A DNA stretch of 64,000 nucleotides. It comes from Schmidtea nova. Taxonomy: Eukaryota. This document shows, piece after piece, positions 60,597 to 64,000 of the stretch (within the stretch, counting starts at the first letter, position 1; every line of letters begins with the position of its first letter). The stretch is from contig CM097883.1 in NCBI GenBank assembly GCA_044892505.1, positions 55,366,001-55,430,000 on the forward strand, written 5' to 3'. The notes under the pieces were generated by a model that was not told the origin of the DNA, ran no database searches, and saw nothing but the letters and a program-made list of their open reading frames with translations. The position numbers were made by a program, and so were the translations under genes.

Positions 60597-61262
60597 TTTA
60601 AATTAATGTAACATCATTATATCTTTCCCTCCACTTGTAATATTGTATCTCATGTGATTTGTCTAATTTTAATCCAATCAAATGACGAGACAGTCGGATA
60701 TCAACGATTAGAGTTGTTTTTATAAGTATTTCAGATATTACTTGTTCCCATATTAAAAAAAATTGAAAACTAATCAATGTTTTTATTTATAAGTTTATTC
60801 GATGTACAAAATTTTAAACAGTTAAGAATTTATTTTCGTATGAGATATTCAAATTGAAATTTAATACCATACATAGATCATAATTTTAAATTTCCCAGTC
60901 ATTCACAATTTCTTATAAAAATTAATTTTAATAAGACCTAATTGACTTCCAAAAACTTTGAATGTTTTAATCCTAACCATTATATAGTATATTAATTTAT
61001 TTAACATTTAATTTTTGCAGATACTACGGAATCATTATTATTATTATTTATTGTTATTATTATTATTATTATTATTATGAATATATCAATATATTTTTTT
61101 GAAAATAATTATTACAATTTTCAGGATTCCAAAGGTCAGAATTTAGTTCTGGGAATAAACTCTGTGGAATTGACACTATTTCAATTAGAACAATTTCATA
61201 ATGATTTAATAGTAGGATTTACGCCCTTAATAAAATTTATAAGTTGCAATTTAGAAATATAA
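35795..61262 (+). CDS. FERM-domain protein gene with many small exons; exons after 46198 are tentative
   Basis: Phase-compatible GT-AG exons 35795-35857, 35910-36001, 36078-36170, 42372-42450, 42504-42583, 43452-43511, 46021-46050 and 46140-46198 give MSDIVIHILLLDGK...KHLCKYLNL...VGLLYKDSRGSLQWMD...LIFKIRYIP...HQLFLL...LIALYILFKYG. A FERM-C-like exon DSKGQNLVLGINS starts at 61125. Confidence 0.72.
37700..39527 (+). mobile_element. 5'-truncated hAT transposon with one frameshift, in FERM intron 3
   Basis: YLGKNIQNEII, ILDCTPDISHTEQ, QGYDNGANM, CAAHTLNL, TRWESR and the dimerisation motif ERSFSRLKLIKTYLRS. 3' end ...gagccggcgctg. Confidence 0.92.
42051..42274. mobile_element. Hairpin MITE copy (imperfect arms)
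   Basis: Same family as 29350-29575. Confidence 0.85.
43133..43380. mobile_element. Hairpin MITE copy (imperfect arms)
   Basis: gactagatcaaaatt...cggtacagcattt / gataaagattgagccg...ttttgatctatagtcat, ending atcaaaggtgaaatgaaaagataa. Confidence 0.8.
43706..44921 (-). mobile_element. Degenerate mariner transposon
   Basis: HTH start MDEAEFRSVIKF...TIYRW...GRP; LMLSVFWDRSGVIHLDFLPNGQTIN; LVDNAPVH. Inverted ends act(a/g)actaagaaagaaaca. Confidence 0.9.
46232..46297. repeat. (TA)n microsatellite; others at ~58619-58685 and ~60545-60590
   Basis: Pure TA runs. Confidence 0.95.
46939..47255 (+). pseudogene. Intronless Bcl-2-fold-like ORF with one stop and one frameshift
   Basis: IELGREISF...IFDVVNKIF*PEMTWSKIIVILMYSAEI resembles the BH3 and BH1 pattern (F..V..ELF.D..NWGRIVA). 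Judged by eye only. Confidence 0.45.
47303..47487. mobile_element. Short pogo/Tigger-like MITE
   Basis: TIR CAGTGGATT(T/C)CGGTTAATTGGGACAC with TA flanks; related to 28018-28959. Confidence 0.88.
48830..51990. repeat. Cluster of nested inverted and direct repeat modules
   Basis: Four copies of gtat(g/c)tggcatttc(a/g)cc (~49435, 49937, 50183, 51728). acagct(c/g)agctgt modules occur in opposite orientation (~49030, 49745). An inverted repeat spans ~51450-51680 and 51760-51990. Confidence 0.7.
53180..53940. mobile_element. Non-autonomous element with AGGTCA/TGACCT-rich inverted ends, possibly Polinton TIR-derived
   Basis: aaggtcattttaaagtc...aaattaagtaggtca versus tgacctacttaattt...tgaccttaaattgactt. 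Confidence 0.55.
54270..54760 (-). pseudogene. Mariner transposase C-terminal fragment
   Basis: Minus strand reads HPAYSPDLSPTDFHLCGHL (YSPDL motif). Confidence 0.85.
57610..58104 (+). pseudogene. pPolB C-terminal fragment
   Basis: DNLFDT...HPLYTRNFESVIGKF...EWVFLRPKCYCLLG...WVAKNKILAYGHY. Confidence 0.9.
58287..58418. mobile_element. Half copy of the hairpin MITE
   Basis: ttatctttt...tttgatc...gactatagatt...gcacagcctttatcaagtgtgtac. Confidence 0.8.
59085..59520. repeat. Inverted repeat with ~170-bp arms, same family as the 48.8-49.8 kb modules
   Basis: ...acagcttagctgtcatcatcaggctttccac...cacatgtgcacaatcc versus ggattgtgcacatgtg...gtggaaagcctggtgatgacagctaagctgt. Confidence 0.8.
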
Positions 61263-61712
61263 ATTCAGTAATATTGAAAAGGTAATGAATCGTGGAATTA
61301 AAATTGTTATTGATCTCAAATATAATAAAAAGTAAATTTTATTATTATTTATATTATTATAGCGAGAAATGTTATTATTTTATTTATTTTAATTTAATTT
61401 AATCAAATTATAATTTCCTGACGCTCAGCAGACTGTTCCAGTCGGGTTGTATTCAGTCAAATTTCATGCAGTTCGTCAAAACATTTGCAAATTTTAATTT
61501 AAGAAAATTATAAGAAAATTTAAATTAATAAGTTATTTTAATGTTAAACTAAAAAACTCTTCAAATTTTTATTTATTAAAAATATAAGTTAATCAATTTA
61601 CATTTATTATGAATTCATTAAAATTATAAACAAATAAAGCTAAAAGAGTTGATTTTTAATCTAGTTTTTACAATGTGCTTTTTTGCTTATTTTTACATAT
61701 GAGACCCACAAT

Positions 61713-64000
61713 CAGGGCCGTGCCTGACCGGCGTTCATTACGTGCGCCGCACGCAGGCGGCCAAATTAAAAGGCGGCCTGACGACCAGAAAACAAAAAAA
61801 ATTAAAAAGCAAAATAACAATGTTAATATATAGTCATAGTCATATATAATCGAAGTAAATTGTCAAATAGTTGAGTGTTGTTGTCAATTCGTCAATTGTA
61901 ATCATTATCATTGCGCTCTATGGCGTAGGTAAGTTGGGAGCGCGTGTGTGCGTGTGTGGGTTATAATATGTTATTTACCTGTCTGTCTGTAGCACGGCAA
62001 GCGTCTCAGCTGCGTGGCAATAAAACCCTATTCGAACTCGGAAAGCGCTTGGGCAGATTCCCTCACCGCCTCACCCAACGCTTTGTTACAAAAGGTTGAA
62101 AAAGGTAATGAATTTAATTTTATAATAAATTAATTTCAATATAAATCGTTATTGATATTTTTAAACATTTTAGTAAAAGGCCTAAGAATGACTGGAAGAA
62201 AAACGAAAAGATTGTCTGGAGCACAGTATAAAAGAAAGCGAGAAGAAAAACAACATGTTGCTAAAAAAATCTTTGGTTCACTAACCAAATATTTGGAAAA
62301 ACCTCCAGAAATACAAAATGCTTGCAGTAGCCAAGCAAATCCAAGCAGTGAATTTTTTTCCAATGAAAATGAATTATCTGCCGAAAATACAATGATAATG
62401 ACAATATTAGTAGTAATGATGAAATAGGAGATATTGCAGTTACAAATATCGACGATATCACTGAAATTGATGAAGAATATTTTGCTATGTGTATAGAACT
62501 AAATGATCCAGCTTGCTGGCCTTTAACACTTACCAATAAAATGCTGGATATTTTAATTAAGAAAGGCCCTATTCAAAAAATACAATCTACATATCCACTA
62601 AATGAATTTGGAAGATCATTTTCAGAGGTTTATTTCTATAGAAAACTGCCAAATGGTGAAAAATTTAATCGTGAGTGGTTAATCTATTCTCCAAAAAATG
62701 ATGCCACATTTTGCTTCTGTTGTAAATTATTTGGCAAACAAGAAATAAAATTAGTTAATGAAGGCTTCAACGATTGGCAACACATATCTGACAACTTATC
62801 TCGTCACGAAAAAACATCGCTGCACATTGAAAATTGCACCTGTTGGAAAAAATTGGAATTAAATTTAAAAAGAAAAACTACAATTGATAAGAATATGCAA
62901 CGGTATTATGACGCCGAGAAAAAACGATGGTGTCAAATTGTCAGGCGCATGATATCTGTGGTACAATTTCTAGCAGGACAGTGTTTGGCTTTTAGAGGTT
63001 CTTCCAGCAAATTGTACGAAAAAAATAATGGAAAGTTTCTGAAAGCAATTGAAATGATTGGAAAATTTGATGATATAATGGCAGACTACATAAAACGCGT
63101 ACAAGAACCAATCGCTTTAAAGAACCACATGCCACATTACCTGGGAAATCGCTTTCAAAATGAAATAATCACTATCCTTGCAACCCAAATTCAAAAATAT
63201 ATATTAACATCAATAAAAGAGGCAAAATATTTTTCAGTCATTTTGGACTGTACGCCGGACACTGGACATGTCGAGCAAATTACAATGATTTTTAGGTATG
63301 TACATATTAAAAATTATGAAGTTGAAGTAAGAGAAAATTTCATTGGCTTTTATCAAGCTGAAAATTGTACTGGAGAATCTTTTTACGACTTCTTAATTCA
63401 AAAGTTAAACTATCTTGAATTAAATATTAATGATATGAGGGGCCAGGGATACGTAAATGGATCTAATATGTCCGGAAAACATAAAGGATTGCAAAAACGA
63501 ATTTTGGACAATTATCCACGAGCACTGTTTATGCCATGCAACGCGCATACATTAAATTTGGCCATTAATGATGCAGCTAATGTTTCGTTTTCAACGGTGG
63601 ATTTTTTCAGTAATGTATCTGCAATATACAACTTTTTCAGTGGATCACCATTTAGATGGCAAGTTTTAAAGAAAAATGTAAAATCTTTAACATTGAAACA
63701 AGTTAGTGAAACTCGATGGGAAGCAAGAATTAAAGCGATTAGACCACTGCGAAATGAATTAGGTGAAATTTATGACAGCCTTATAGAAATAGCTGAGGAA
63801 TCTTCAATGCCAACAGTTCGACATGAAGCTGAATGTTTCGCAATGAAACTTAAATCTTATAAATTTATTTCTTCAATAATAATATGGTACGAAATCTTGG
63901 AAAAGGTAGATTTTATTAGCAAAATGATGCAGAAAGTTTCTTGGAATATCAGTTCGTGTGCTGAATCAATTAAGGAAGTTTTGAAATTTTTCAAAAGCAT
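61713..64000 (+). mobile_element. hAT transposon, 5' part; transposase runs off the window end
   Basis: 5' end CAGGGCCG. ATG at 62188 (LSGAQYKRKR), a frameshift near 62385, then a frame open to 64000 with WLIYSPKNDATFCFCCKLF, LAFRG, ILDCTPD, CNAHTLNL and TRWEAR. Confidence 0.92.

Overview
AT-rich eukaryotic (metazoan) scaffold with N gaps, densely packed with transposons. An isolated 18S fragment looks flatworm/triclad-like from memory (unverified). Two spliced host genes can be rebuilt by hand: an SLC4 anion-exchanger (0.7-4.4 kb) and a FERM-domain gene (35.8 to about 61.3 kb) whose introns are full of TEs. The most striking object is a 13,166-bp Polinton/Maverick-type element (13438-26603) with AGT...ACT ends and a 6-bp TSD (TTTGCA). 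It is one giant palindrome: two ~6.5-kb arms around a 153-bp spacer. Each arm carries only an intact protein-primed DNA polymerase B, a small spliced leader ORF, a CCAAT/TATA promoter and a ~144-bp tandem array; no integrase, capsid, ATPase or protease gene is visible. Next to it is a Ty3/Gypsy element whose Gag is preceded in frame by a ubiquitin-like domain ending RLIGG. That element and a second Gypsy are both inserted at the same ATGGT position of a 26-bp minisatellite. Also present: hAT and mariner remnants, pogo-like MITEs, a hairpin MITE family, further Polinton remnants, a decayed intronless Bcl-2-like ORF and an unassigned GC-richer segment. All family calls come from motif recognition by eye; no searches were run.
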